A DNA stretch of 64,000 nt. It comes from Candidatus Marinacidobacterales bacterium (GTDB lineage: Bacteria; Acidobacteriota; Vicinamibacteria; Marinacidobacterales; DATDRI01). A program made the translations under genes and the position numbers. Below are positions 48,922 to 59,231 of this stretch, piece by piece; position 1 is the stretch's first letter; the number at the start of each line of letters is the position of its first letter. Under the pieces are notes generated by a model that had not been told where the DNA came from, did not search any database, and saw only the letters and a list, made by a program, of their open reading frames with translations. Location of the stretch: contig OZ245365.1 of assembly GCA_965226495.1 (NCBI GenBank), forward strand, positions 3,584,001-3,648,000. Direction: 5' to 3'.

Positions 48922-49024
48922 GAGCAATCGGATTCGGGGGCAGACCTTCAACTGGTTGAACAGGCATGACTTAAGTCCCCGGGACTTCAAGCCACAGCCC
49001 CCCTGCCCGGGGTATGGAGCTGGT

Positions 49025-49486
49025 CTAAAACACCCGAGAGATCGCGAACAAGGTTGAAAACTTCTCGTTCGTTTCGCGCACTCTTTGAGAGAGTGTGCGG
49101 CAGAACGCCCACAGAAATCGCAAGGCAACGTCGGGACGGGCCTCTAGGTGACTTCTCAGGTCGGCGTTCCGAAGCTCGAGCAACTGTGCGTCTTCATGAG
49201 CGATCGCCCGCGCCGACCGCTTCTCTTCGTTGAAGAATGACATCTCACCTAGAAAGTCGCCGGGTCCGATAACGGTGAGTGCCTCCTCGCCCATATCCTC
49301 ATAGATCTTGCTAATTCTCACCGCCCCGGTGTAGACGATGTAGAATCGATCTCCCTGGGCCCCCTCCTCAAAAATGACGGCGCCCGTCTTGTAGTCTTTC
49401 ACCATCCCGAGCATGAGGATCTCGGCCAGCTGGTCGTTATTCAGCCCTTCGAAAAGACCCACACCCTTCAAGAACTCGGCATTCAC
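49025..49486 (-). CDS. Stand-alone cyclic-nucleotide-binding protein
   Basis: LF.GL...IFEEGAQGD.FYIV...GDFLGEMS...RSARA. Confidence 0.9.
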   Translation of the reverse strand: MNAEFLKGVGLFEGLNNDQLAEILMLGMVKDYKTGAVIFEEGAQGDRFYIVYTGAVRISKIYEDMGEEALTVIGPGDFLGEMSFFNEEKRSARAIAHEDAQLLELRNADLRSHLEARPDVALRFLWAFCRTLSQRVRETNEKFSTLFAISRVF

Positions 49487-49498
49487 GGGAGACTACCT

Positions 49499-50731
49499 TC
49501 AGATCTTTTCCAACAGGTGTCCGAGCTTCTCCTTTTTGGTCCTCAAGTAACCTGCGGAGCTCTCGGTGGCGGCAATCTCAATTGGTACGCGCTCAACGAT
49601 GCGAAGGCCATAAGCCTCTAGCGCGATGAACTTGCGAGGATTGTTGGTGAGTAGCCGAAGATCCCGTACGCCGATTTCCGTCAGGATCTGCGCACCGATT
49701 CCATACTCGCGCTGATCCGGTTTGAATCCTAACCGCTCGTTGGCGGCCACGGTATCCAATCCCTGATCCTGTAACGCGTAGGCGCGGATCTTGTTGACCA
49801 GGCCGATGCTGCGTCCCTCTTGATGGAGGTAGAGCAGCACTCCCTTGCCTTCTTCTCCGATTCGCTTGAGCGCAGAATCGAGCTGCGGGCCGCAATCACA
49901 CCGCTCGGAGTGAAACACTTCGCCGGTTATGCACTGAGAATGTACGCGAACCAGTACCGTGTCTCCCGGTTGAATATCTCCCAAGACGAGAGCCAGGTGG
50001 GTCGTGCCATCGACCAGGGAGTCGAAGGCCATCATGCTGAATTTTCCGAACGGCGTCGGCAACTCGGCCTCCGCCACTTTCTGGACGAGTCGTTCCGTGC
50101 TAAGACGATGGCGGATTAGATCGGCCACGGTGATGATCTTCAACCCGTGCTCACTCGCGAACTTCGCCAAATCGGGAACACGGGCCATGCTTCCGTCTTC
50201 GTTCATCACTTCGCAAATAACCCCAGCCGGATAAAGCCCCGCGATCCTAGACAGATCGACCGCGGCCTCGGTTTGGCCCGCCCGCACCAGCACGCCACCC
50301 TGCCGAGCGCGGAGCGGAAACATATGTCCCGGCCGCGCCAGATCGCCAGGTAGGGTCTGGGGGTCGATCGCCGCTAAAACGGTGAGCGCTCGATCGGCCG
50401 CCGAGATGCCGGTGCTCACTCCCTTCTTGCCCTCGATGGAAACACAAAAGGCCGTACCGTGCACCGAGGAGTTATCGGTTACCATTTGCGGTACTTGGAG
50501 CTCGTCCAGCCGCTGCTCGGTCATTGGCATGCAGATGAGCCCGCGGCCGTAGCGAGCCATGAAATTGATGGCCTCAGGGCTGATCTTCTCCGCGGCGATG
50601 GTTAGATCGCCTTCGTTTTCACGGTTCTCGTCGTCGACAACGATGACCATCTTCCCGGAACGAATATCCTCCAGTGCAGCCTCAATCGGGGAGAAGGCCG
50701 AATTTTCGTCTGAATCTAGTCTTTTCTCCAT
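49499..50731 (-). CDS. ribBA: Bifunctional DHBP synthase / GTP cyclohydrolase II
   Basis: [28 protein letters not shown]...S.RCDCG, QEGR.IGL and LTNNP. Confidence 0.97.
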   Translation of the reverse strand: MEKRLDSDENSAFSPIEAALEDIRSGKMVIVVDDENRENEGDLTIAAEKISPEAINFMARYGRGLICMPMTEQRLDELQVPQMVTDNSSVHGTAFCVSIEGKKGVSTGISAADRALTVLAAIDPQTLPGDLARPGHMFPLRARQGGVLVRAGQTEAAVDLSRIAGLYPAGVICEVMNEDGSMARVPDLAKFASEHGLKIITVADLIRHRLSTERLVQKVAEAELPTPFGKFSMMAFDSLVDGTTHLALVLGDIQPGDTVLVRVHSQCITGEVFHSERCDCGPQLDSALKRIGEEGKGVLLYLHQEGRSIGLVNKIRAYALQDQGLDTVAANERLGFKPDQREYGIGAQILTEIGVRDLRLLTNNPRKFIALEAYGLRIVERVPIEIAATESSAGYLRTKKEKLGHLLEKI

Positions 50732-51327
50732 AAATCCTGCCTAATTTCTACCAACCGTACCAGATACTTCGCCAGTATATCGTATTCCAGGTTCACTCGA
50801 TCTCCAGGAGCCCGCCCCCCGAGCGTCGTGACACGAAGCGTATGAGGAATGAGCATGACCTCGAACCAGGCCTCTCCGCAAGCCGTCACCGTCAAGCTAA
50901 CGCCGTCAATGGCGATCGAACCCTTCTCGACAATGTAGCGGTCGGACTCCGGGGGGTGCTGGAAGCGAACCACCCGATCGGACCCGCGCTCCGAAGTAGA
51001 AGCCACTTTACCCGTACCGTCCACATGCCCCTGCACAAAATGGCCATCTAGCCTACCATCGGGCCGGAGAGGCAGCTCGAGATTGACCCGACCGTCGGAC
51101 GCTAGGCCGCCCAACGTTGTGCGATCCAAGGTCTCGTTGGAGACATCGACCGTGAAGCGGGGTCCCGCGAGCTCGGTAACGGTGAGGCAGACACCGGACA
51201 CTGCGATGCTGGCACCGACGCGAAGCTCGCTCGGAAGGATGCTGGCTTCGAGAATCAAGCTGAGATGACCTCCCTGCTCGCCCCGCTCGACGATGCGGCC
51301 CACATCCTCGATGATCCCGGTGAACAT
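50716..51327 (-). CDS. ribE: Riboflavin synthase
   Basis: [23 protein letters not shown] and [12 protein letters not shown]. Confidence 0.97.
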   Translation of the reverse strand: MFTGIIEDVGRIVERGEQGGHLSLILEASILPSELRVGASIAVSGVCLTVTELAGPRFTVDVSNETLDRTTLGGLASDGRVNLELPLRPDGRLDGHFVQGHVDGTGKVASTSERGSDRVVRFQHPPESDRYIVEKGSIAIDGVSLTVTACGEAWFEVMLIPHTLRVTTLGGRAPGDRVNLEYDILAKYLVRLVEIRQDLWRKD

Positions 51328-51346
51328 CGTTAGCCCCTCGGCACTA

Positions 51347-52465
51347 CTACGTCCGTACGTCTGCTTCCACGACGATCTCCGACCCCACTCGATAGGAGAT
51401 CATGTGATTCAATCGCGTCCCATCCACGAGTCGCCGTGGCCCTTCTCCACCCACCAACGATCGCGCCTTCCTTCCACCGATGATTCGCGGTGCAAGGTAC
51501 AGTACCAATTGGTCCGCCATCCCTTGCTCGAGAAAAGAGGCGTGAACCTCACCACCACCTTCAACCAACAAGCGCGTCACGTCTCTCTTGGCCAAACGCC
51601 GTAGCGCTGTCCGAAGATTGAGCCTCCCGCGACGTAGCGGCAAACCTTCTACGGTCACTCCCGATTTTTCGAGGCGTCGCACTCGAGACTCTGACGCTTC
51701 CGGGCCTGCGAACACGAGAATCGGTCCTTCTCCAAGCGTCGAGATCAGCCGCGCGCGAGGAGACAAGCGCAAAGAGCTGTCCAGTACGACCCGTAGGAAG
51801 GGCCCCGTCCGCTTGTTGCGGGGACGCACCGTGAGCCGCGGATCATCGGCAAGCACGGTTCCAATACCGACGAGAATCGCGTCGTTCTCACGGCGCAAAA
51901 GACGAGCGTGTTCGCGGGCCTCGACCGACGTGACCCACATTGCATCTCCGGTTCGCGTCGCGATTCGGCCATCCAGGCTGGCAGCACCTTTCAACGTGAC
52001 CAGAGGAATACCCTCTACGACGAACTTTGTGAAGGCCCGGTTGAGCCGGGTGGCCTCGGTGCTCATGAGTCCAACTGCCACGGCCAAACCCTTTCGCCGA
52101 AGCCACCGAAAGCCCCCGCCGTTCACGCGAGGATCGGGATCCCGGATGGAGGCGAGCACTCGCTTCACCCCCGCCCACTCGATCTCTTGCACGCAGGGAG
52201 GCGTGCGGCCGGTATGGCAGCAAGGCTCTAGGTTCGTATAGAGCGTTGCACCGCGTGCCGCGCTGCCCGCCTGCCGAAGCGCAATGACTTCGGCGTGCGG
52301 CTCACCGGCCCGACGATGAAAGCCCTGGCCTATCACCTTGTTGCCTTTCGCGACGACCGCTCCCACCATCGGGTTGGGGCTGGTGCACCCACGGCCCATC
52401 GAAGCGAGGGCCAACACTCGCTTCATCATTCTCCGTTCAGTTTCTGTTTCCCGACCCACTGTCAA
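51347..52465 (-). CDS. ribD: Bifunctional pyrimidine deaminase/reductase RibD
   Basis: PNPMVG, HAE, LEPCCH.GRTPPC, SLDGRIA and VEGGG. Confidence 0.96.
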   Translation of the reverse strand: MTVGRETETERRMMKRVLALASMGRGCTSPNPMVGAVVAKGNKVIGQGFHRRAGEPHAEVIALRQAGSAARGATLYTNLEPCCHTGRTPPCVQEIEWAGVKRVLASIRDPDPRVNGGGFRWLRRKGLAVAVGLMSTEATRLNRAFTKFVVEGIPLVTLKGAASLDGRIATRTGDAMWVTSVEAREHARLLRRENDAILVGIGTVLADDPRLTVRPRNKRTGPFLRVVLDSSLRLSPRARLISTLGEGPILVFAGPEASESRVRRLEKSGVTVEGLPLRRGRLNLRTALRRLAKRDVTRLLVEGGGEVHASFLEQGMADQLVLYLAPRIIGGRKARSLVGGEGPRRLVDGTRLNHMISYRVGSEIVVEADVRT

Positions 52466-52475
52466 CGAGCTCCGT

Positions 52476-53384
52476 TCAAATACTGCTCTCCTCGCCCACG
52501 AGCGCGTGAACGAACTGCTCCGCGGAAAAGTCCATCAGATCGTCTTCTCCCTCACCGACCCCGGCGTAGACGACTGGAAGACCGAGCTCACGCGCTACCG
52601 CAACCACGATCCCGCCCTTGGCGGTGCCGTCCAACTTGGTTAGCACGATACCATCGACTCCCAACGACTCGCTGAACCGCCGCGCCTGCACCAGGCCGTT
52701 GCCGCCAACGGTCGCGTCCATGACCAGCAACGTTTGATGTGGGGCTCCTGGAATCAGACGCCCCGCCACCCTCTTCACCTTGGCAAGCTCATCCAACAAC
52801 GGTTTCTGGGTATGCAGCCGGCCTGCGGTGTCGACGAACACGTCGTCCACACCGCGAGCGGTGGCCGCCTGAAGTCCCTCGTGCACGACGGAGGCGGGAT
52901 CCGTCCCCTGATTTCCTCGAATCAGATCGACTCCCAGCCGATTTGCCCACGTCTCCAGCTGCTCCAATGCAGCGGCGCGGAAGGTGTCCGCCGCAACGAT
53001 GAGCGGTTTGCGGTCGGCGCACGCCGCACGATGAGCCAGCCTGGCAACGGTCGTGGTTTTCCCAACGCCGTTGACTCCAACGACTAATACTACGTTGGGG
53101 GGGGTGGCGGCAGTCGGTAAATCGTCGGGGCTGGCGTGACGCAGAATAGCTAGTATTTCGTTGCTCAGAACCGCTCGGATATCTTCGTGGGGCCGGCGTC
53201 CCCGAGCGCTCCGAAGCGCCGCCACCAACTCGACGGTCGCGGCCACCCCGACATCCGCAGCAACCAGCGACTCCTCGAGCTGGTCCCAGTCAGGCTCGTC
53301 CCCCAACGTCGCAAGCCCCAATCCGCTTGCCAGGGTGCCTCGAGTCCGGGCTAATCCTTGCTTGAGACGTTCGAAGACACTCAA
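52476..53384 (-). CDS. ftsY: SRP receptor FtsY
   Basis: GVNGVGKTTT, DTFRAAA, DTAGRL and TKLDGTAKGG. Confidence 0.96.
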   Translation of the reverse strand: MSVFERLKQGLARTRGTLASGLGLATLGDEPDWDQLEESLVAADVGVAATVELVAALRSARGRRPHEDIRAVLSNEILAILRHASPDDLPTAATPPNVVLVVGVNGVGKTTTVARLAHRAACADRKPLIVAADTFRAAALEQLETWANRLGVDLIRGNQGTDPASVVHEGLQAATARGVDDVFVDTAGRLHTQKPLLDELAKVKRVAGRLIPGAPHQTLLVMDATVGGNGLVQARRFSESLGVDGIVLTKLDGTAKGGIVVAVARELGLPVVYAGVGEGEDDLMDFSAEQFVHALVGEESSI

Positions 53385-53423
53385 AGGAGCTTCTCGGAGG
53401 CGAGTAGAACGAGGTGCCGGATC

Positions 53424-54185
53424 TCAGGTACCGGGCTTCAAGGCATTGAGTCTCGCGAGACTAAGCTTGCCCAACGTAGAAAAGCGCGCCGCTTCCACCA
53501 CCCGGCGGTAGTACCCGTTGGCCACTTCGACGTCACCTTTCGCGTCGTAGATGCGCGCCGACTCATAAAGACTCGGCACGTCCGACGGATCGCTCTCCAG
53601 CGCTCTTTCGAACTGTTTCAAAGCCAGGTCGGGCTCCTCGAGCGTCCGATGAACTTCGCCCAGGCCGCGATACCCCATCGCAAAGTTGGGTTTCTTCTCG
53701 ACCGAGCGGCGATAGTACATCATGGCCAGCTCGTAATTCTGGTCCCGCAAATACAACGAACCCATGTTGTAGAGCGCTTTCTCCGGGGTCGGATAGGTCG
53801 GATCGCGAATCACCGAGGTGAATTCCGCAAACGCCCTTTCTTTGTTTCCCATCTCCGAGTAGAGTACTCCCAAATTATTGTGCACATCGGTCAGATCCAT
53901 ATTGACCTTGAGGGCGCGTCTAAAAGCCTTCTCCGCCCCCTGGAAATCTCCAACCGCGGTCATCGCCAAACCCATGGCATTGAAGACCCAAGGGTTTTCT
54001 TTGTCGAGCTTCAGGGCGGCCCGGTACTGTTCGATCGCCTCGTCTAGGCGGCCTTCTTGATGCAGGTACTTGCCCTGGTTGAAAAGCGTAAGCGCTTCGT
54101 TGATCTTCGCATCGTTTTGGGCAGCGCCCATCAGCAGCAGCGTCAACGAAGCCATCAAGATTCGGTGCTGCGATCCAAGAGCCAT
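53424..54185 (-). CDS. TPR protein, PilF/PilW/Tgl pilotin-like
   Basis: GGAGGAG RBS; signal-like N-terminus; HNNLG...DPTYPTPEKALYNMG motif. Confidence 0.75.
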   Translation of the reverse strand: MALGSQHRILMASLTLLLMGAAQNDAKINEALTLFNQGKYLHQEGRLDEAIEQYRAALKLDKENPWVFNAMGLAMTAVGDFQGAEKAFRRALKVNMDLTDVHNNLGVLYSEMGNKERAFAEFTSVIRDPTYPTPEKALYNMGSLYLRDQNYELAMMYYRRSVEKKPNFAMGYRGLGEVHRTLEEPDLALKQFERALESDPSDVPSLYESARIYDAKGDVEVANGYYRRVVEAARFSTLGKLSLARLNALKPGT

Positions 54186-54314
54186 GAAAACTCCTCCCTT
54201 TAGTGCTCGCGCAGAGCCGTCAGCTGTCCCGCAGCCGCTTGTCGGCGAAGGGACAAGCCCTGGGGGGGCCCCGCGGCCGTGATGGAGAAACACAGTGAAT
54301 TCTTCAGCATCCTG

Positions 54315-56213
54315 CTAATGCCTCGAGCGGTTCAACGGCACCGGCCCGGAAGGAACCGCTGCCACTTCTTCTTCAATTCGAACCGGCTCTGGCTTCGGGA
54401 ACACGGTTTGCCGGGTCGGCATGTTCGGACGAATCAACCCTTCCTCGTATGCCTTGATGAGGGCATCTACGACTGGTCGGTCGAATTTCTTGCCCACGAA
54501 ACTGCGCATGCGCTCGAGCACATAGCTAATGTCCATCGCCTTCTGATAAGGGCGATTCGTGGTCATCGCATCGAAGCAGTCGGCCACACTAACAATCTTA
54601 GCAGTCAGGGGGATTTCGTCCCCACGAAGTCCCTCCGGATACCCTGTGCCGTTGACGTTTTCGTGGTGGTACTTCATGCCGGGAATCATGTCTTCCAGCT
54701 GCGGAACCTGCTCCATGATAACCGCTCCCTTGGTGGGATGGGTCTTCATGATCTCGTATTCCTCGTCAGTGAGCGGACCCTCCTTGCCCAAGATCTTGTC
54801 CTCGATACCGATCTTGCCTACGTCGTGCATGAGCGCCGAGATACGTACCACCTCCACGTCGTGCTCGGGCAGGCCGAGCTCGATGGCTATCTTCTCCGCG
54901 AAATTCGAGACCCGCTCCGAGTGACCGCGCGTGTAGGGGTCCTTGGCGTCGATCGCGGCGGCCAGAGAGCTGATCGCCCCCATGAACATTTGCTTGTTCT
55001 CCTCCGCCGCTTTCTGAAGGCGCTGAATGTAGCTCTTGATCTCCGTCTTCATCAGGTTGAAGGTATCCGCCAACTCTCCTATCTCGTTTCGCGAAGTGAT
55101 TTCGATGTCTCGTGAGAAATCCCCTGCCGCCAATCGGCGCGCCCCCTCGGCCAGCCGCGCTACGGGCTGCGAGAGGCGACCCGCCGAAACCACCGCGAGC
55201 ACGATGGCCAGAATGATCGAAAATCCGGCCACCCTATAGCTCGTGCGTTCGATGTCCCGTACCGTCGCGTAGACCGTTTCCTCTTTCGCCTGCACGATGG
55301 CGCCCCAATCCAAGCTCCGCAGAAAAACCGTTTGCGAGTTTCGGTCTCCGATCGAGGTGTACGTGCCGATCATTGGCTCACTTCCTGCTTCGCTCGGCAT
55401 TTCGAAGCGCACGAGCGTCGAGGCGTGCCCTGACGACTCTCGAAACGCCTTCACGAGTTCGTTCTCCGAGAAATCCGGCTGCGTAAAAAGGGTTTCGGGG
55501 TTGGAATGCACCACCAGGAACCCATTGCCGTCTACGACATAGACTTCGCGGCCCATTCCAACCTTGTCATCCACCATCTCCTGTAGAGGTTTCAGGCTGA
55601 CTAGCACCGAGACGACTCCCGCCACCTCGCCGGATGCGATGACGGGAGCCGAAACGACTACCACCGTATCGAGCAACGGTTCCCAAGCGTAGGGAGGGGA
55701 CACATAATGATCGCCGCGGAGGCCATGCAGGAAGGACTGGCGGAAGTACTCGGATACCGGGTCTTCGATCTGATCGTAGCCGGCGCTGTCGCTTCGATAA
55801 AAGCGTCCCCCTCTATCGTAGACCGCGATCGAACGGACGTGACTCCCATCCTGGATGTACTCTCTCAGATCCCCGCTCTCGGAGACCCTGGCGATCCGTT
55901 CGGTGACTACCCAACGATTATCACCAATACCGAAAGTTCTCGCGATTCCCACGACTTGATCGTGCATCGCTTGAAGGTAGAGCCGTGCCTGTTTGGCGAT
56001 GGTGCGGGTTTGGTCGAGCTGGACAACTTTTTCAGAAAGAGCGAGCGCGTCTCGATTCCGCTCAATGAGTATCGTGCTGGTTACCAACAGAGGGGCCAAA
56101 GCGGCCATCATCATCACGATGGCGAGCGAGTAGAGTATCTTGCCGCGCTTGAGCAGCCGAGTATCGGGCGTGGCGGGCCCCAAGTTCTTGGTAGGCCTAG
56201 AAGGTGATCGCAC
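54315..56213 (-). CDS. Membrane Cache-HAMP-HD-GYP phosphodiesterase
   Basis: Two TMs, Cache domain, HAMP (NEIGELADTFN), DAKDPYTRGHSERV, HDVGKIG and HHE...GYP. Confidence 0.92.
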   Translation of the reverse strand: MRSPSRPTKNLGPATPDTRLLKRGKILYSLAIVMMMAALAPLLVTSTILIERNRDALALSEKVVQLDQTRTIAKQARLYLQAMHDQVVGIARTFGIGDNRWVVTERIARVSESGDLREYIQDGSHVRSIAVYDRGGRFYRSDSAGYDQIEDPVSEYFRQSFLHGLRGDHYVSPPYAWEPLLDTVVVVSAPVIASGEVAGVVSVLVSLKPLQEMVDDKVGMGREVYVVDGNGFLVVHSNPETLFTQPDFSENELVKAFRESSGHASTLVRFEMPSEAGSEPMIGTYTSIGDRNSQTVFLRSLDWGAIVQAKEETVYATVRDIERTSYRVAGFSIILAIVLAVVSAGRLSQPVARLAEGARRLAAGDFSRDIEITSRNEIGELADTFNLMKTEIKSYIQRLQKAAEENKQMFMGAISSLAAAIDAKDPYTRGHSERVSNFAEKIAIELGLPEHDVEVVRISALMHDVGKIGIEDKILGKEGPLTDEEYEIMKTHPTKGAVIMEQVPQLEDMIPGMKYHHENVNGTGYPEGLRGDEIPLTAKIVSVADCFDAMTTNRPYQKAMDISYVLERMRSFVGKKFDRPVVDALIKAYEEGLIRPNMPTRQTVFPKPEPVRIEEEVAAVPSGPVPLNRSRH

Positions 56214-56230
56214 TTCGTACTCCGATTTCC

Positions 56231-57859
56231 CTAGTTGACCCTCGTCTCGCTAACCTTTTTCTCGGATAGGACCTGGAACGCTCGAATGGCTTTCTTCTTG
56301 CCTTTGAGAGTAACCGTGCCGAGGTCCTTGAGCTCGAATGAGTCTTTTACGAGCTCTTGGGTCCTTTCCCCCACCACCACCTGTCCAGCCTTGGCCACCA
56401 TCGACTCGATGCGGGACGCGATGTTCACCGTATCCCCGAGAACGGTGATCTCTTTTCTCTTGTGAGAACCGATCGGGCCGGCGACCACCTTGCCACTGTT
56501 GATGCCCATCCTCATTTCTATCGGCGGGTCCTTAGCCAGTTCCTTGTTCAGATCCGTGAGACGCCTGCGCATCTCGAGGGCAACTCGCACAGCGCGTTCC
56601 GCATGGTCTTCCTGCGGGTAAGGCGCTCCGAACACTGCCATGATGCAATCACCGATGAATTTGTCTAAGGTCCCGTCGTACTCGAGAACGACATCCGCCA
56701 TGCGTGAGAAATAGTCGTTAAGAAGTTGGCCAACTTCTTGAGGCTCCATTTTCTCGGCCATGGGGGTGAAACCAACGATATCCGCGAAGACCACCGAGAC
56801 CTCGAGCTCCTGAACTTCCTTCTCTCCCTCCGACATGATGCGCTCGGCCACCCTGGGGGAGAAGTATTTCTCGAAACGCTCTCGTCTCACCTTCTCCTGC
56901 TGAACTTTCTTGTTCAAGCTGGCCTGCTCGATGGCAATCGCTGCGTAGTTCCCCAAGGCCGACAACAGCTCCAGATCGGCTTCTCCGAAAGTGTTGGAGG
57001 CCATCGGGGAATCGATGTGGATGATGCCGATGACTTTGTCACCCCTCCACAACGGCGCACACATCGCGGAGCGTATGCCGTGAAAGCGAATGCTATCGCC
57101 GGAGGCGAAGCGGGGATCGATCTGCGCGTCCGATGTCAAAATTGCCACGCGGTCCTTCGCGACGCGATCGGCAATCGTCTTGCTGATCGTGATTTTGCCT
57201 TCGTCACCACCATGACGGTACTTGACAACGCGCGGTTTCAGGTCGCCATCGTCGTCGTACAACATCAGAAAGCCACGGTCCACCGGGATGTGCTCGAAGA
57301 CCGCATCCATCACGCGACCTTCTACCTCCTCCGGCTGAGCGGTGATGAGCGCCTTGGCGAGCGCGGAAAGGCTTCTCAAAATGTGATTAGTCTTTTCGAT
57401 GTCCGCCACTTCGAGATCGGGTACGGTCCGGGACGCCGTCGTGGAGAGATGGGTATCACTTTTCGACTTGGGCGGCTCCACACCCAAGTACTTTTGGAGC
57501 TCGCCGACGCTGCGAATAACGGTACCCGCTTCTTCCAGCAATGGTTTTTGCTCGTCCAGGACGACCTTCTCATCGAGGGTCCGCCGAAATTCGAGTATGA
57601 ACTTACCGAGCGCCACCTGATCGCCATCGTTCAGAATGGCTTCGAGCACCGCCACCCCGTTTACGTGAGTTCCGTTCTTGCTCTTGAGGTCAACCAATCG
57701 ACACTCTTCACCGTCGACGATCACTTTGGCGTGATGGCGAGAGACACCGAAATCCTTGATCACGATGTCGCAGTCAGGCGAACGCCCCAGGACGACGCCT
57801 CCCAAATCAATGGGAACCGCCTGCTCGCTACCTTCTTCTTGGTATGTCAGCTCGAACAT
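56231..57859 (-). CDS. FHA-GAF-class III adenylate/guanylate cyclase
   Basis: LGR...VSRHHA...SKNGT; GAF IRSAMCAPL; FADIVGFT, DKFIGD and GDTVNIASRIE. Confidence 0.93.
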   Translation of the reverse strand: MFELTYQEEGSEQAVPIDLGGVVLGRSPDCDIVIKDFGVSRHHAKVIVDGEECRLVDLKSKNGTHVNGVAVLEAILNDGDQVALGKFILEFRRTLDEKVVLDEQKPLLEEAGTVIRSVGELQKYLGVEPPKSKSDTHLSTTASRTVPDLEVADIEKTNHILRSLSALAKALITAQPEEVEGRVMDAVFEHIPVDRGFLMLYDDDGDLKPRVVKYRHGGDEGKITISKTIADRVAKDRVAILTSDAQIDPRFASGDSIRFHGIRSAMCAPLWRGDKVIGIIHIDSPMASNTFGEADLELLSALGNYAAIAIEQASLNKKVQQEKVRRERFEKYFSPRVAERIMSEGEKEVQELEVSVVFADIVGFTPMAEKMEPQEVGQLLNDYFSRMADVVLEYDGTLDKFIGDCIMAVFGAPYPQEDHAERAVRVALEMRRRLTDLNKELAKDPPIEMRMGINSGKVVAGPIGSHKRKEITVLGDTVNIASRIESMVAKAGQVVVGERTQELVKDSFELKDLGTVTLKGKKKAIRAFQVLSEKKVSETRVN

Positions 57860-57943
57860 CAGGAGTGGAGTGTACCCGCCCCAGCGCCCTCTGCCGGAGG
57901 GAACAACACCTTTTATTATACCAACTTTCGCCGGCCAACGCCT

Positions 57944-58559
57944 CTACCTTGGAAGGCGGGGCTCGACTCCGCGGCAGAGCCGCGAGAGGTTCCCATGGTG
58001 GCGCGCCGCGATGAGCACTGAAACGATCGCACCGGCGATGGTGGCACTCCGAGGCTCTCCCCACGCTAAACACAAAGGACCGACCGAGAAGGTCGCCATC
58101 ACCGATGCTAGCGAGACGAAACGAAATGCGCCCAGAACGGCTACGAATAGCGCCAGCGCGGCGAGGACTGGCTTGGGGGTCAGAAACCAAGAAGGCCCCG
58201 AGAGCGGTAGCGACTCCCTTGCCTCCCCGGAAACCGAAGAAAACCGGGAATAGGTGGCCCAGAACGACGACCGCCGCCGCTGCTGCGGGAAGGAAGCTGC
58301 CGACCGGAGAGAGCTCCCGCGCCAAGAGCACCGCTGCAGTGCCCTTCACCACGTCGAGCAAGAGCGCCGTCGCTCCTGCGCCCTTCCCTGCCACCCGCAT
58401 GACGTTGGTGGCTCCCGGATTTCCACTCCCCGACTCACGGGGGTCCCACCCCCTGACGACGCGGGAAACGATGACCCCAAAGAGTACCGATCCCAACAGG
58501 TAAGAGCCAAAAAGAACGATGCTACTGGTCATCCAGCTGTCATGAATGCTGGCTTCCAT
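57944..58559 (-). CDS. plsY: Glycerol-3-phosphate acyltransferase PlsY (+1 frameshift in G5 run 58175-58179)
   Basis: YLLGS, GSGNPGATN, D..KG and GH.FPVF..FRGGKGVAT; removing one base restores RFVSLAS...RHHGNLSRL..G.E, ending at TAG 57944. Confidence 0.9.
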
Positions 58560-58562
58560 CCG

Positions 58563-59207
58563 TTACTCCCTCTCCCCTTTTGGGACATTGGGGGCGTCAA
58601 AAGATGTCGTGCCGCTATCAATGTGGCCAGACGCCGGGTGAGGGTTCCTCGAGTTTCCTGCGAGGGGAAACCGCGCCAGCGCGTCGTAAACCGCCCCGCT
58701 TGGCTTCAAAGTGCTGCGAAACAAGACCACGTCCTCGACCAGAACAACTCCGATGCCCCGCTCGTCGAACCCCGCTCGGATTAGGCCAAGCCCCTTATCC
58801 GGCTTCCGGAACCGCGCGAAGGTAAGGTGCGGTTTGAACGGTCTCTCTTCGGGAAGGAATCCATGTTTCCTCACCACCCCCTCGATTTGTTCGTGCAATT
58901 TGTGGATCTCAGGCGGGGGATCCGTGACTCGCACACAAAGAACGCGGGGGCGTCGAGAATTAGGTAATGCGGTCAGACCTCGAAACTCGAGCCGGAATGG
59001 AGGAAACCGGGCCGCCGTCGCCTCGAGCTCGCTCGACATCTCTCTGAGGCGCTGTTCCTCAGCGTCCCCTAGGAAGCGAAGGGTCAGATGGAGATTCCCA
59101 GGGGAGATCCAACGGGCGCCTTGGACGGATTCCCGAAGCTCCAATACGAGCCGGCGCACCGCGTCACGCACCTCCTGCGAAATTTCGACCGCGATGAAAG
59201 CTCGCAT
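58563..59207 (-). CDS. thpR: RNA 2',3'-cyclic phosphodiesterase
   Basis: MRAFIAV, two HxT motifs (HLTL.FLG, PHLT), S.L...GAVY. Confidence 0.92.
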   Translation of the reverse strand: MRAFIAVEISQEVRDAVRRLVLELRESVQGARWISPGNLHLTLRFLGDAEEQRLREMSSELEATAARFPPFRLEFRGLTALPNSRRPRVLCVRVTDPPPEIHKLHEQIEGVVRKHGFLPEERPFKPHLTFARFRKPDKGLGLIRAGFDERGIGVVLVEDVVLFRSTLKPSGAVYDALARFPLAGNSRNPHPASGHIDSGTTSFDAPNVPKGERE

Positions 59208-59231
59208 CGATCCAGACCGTCAACAATCCAG

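Noticed and set aside
48930-49020. Palindrome-rich segment upstream of ffh as SRP RNA
   Set aside because: Lacks the conserved SRP domain IV motif (CAGG...GGAA...AGCAG).
56726-58021. 431-aa plus-strand ORF
   Set aside because: Antisense shadow of the adenylate cyclase.
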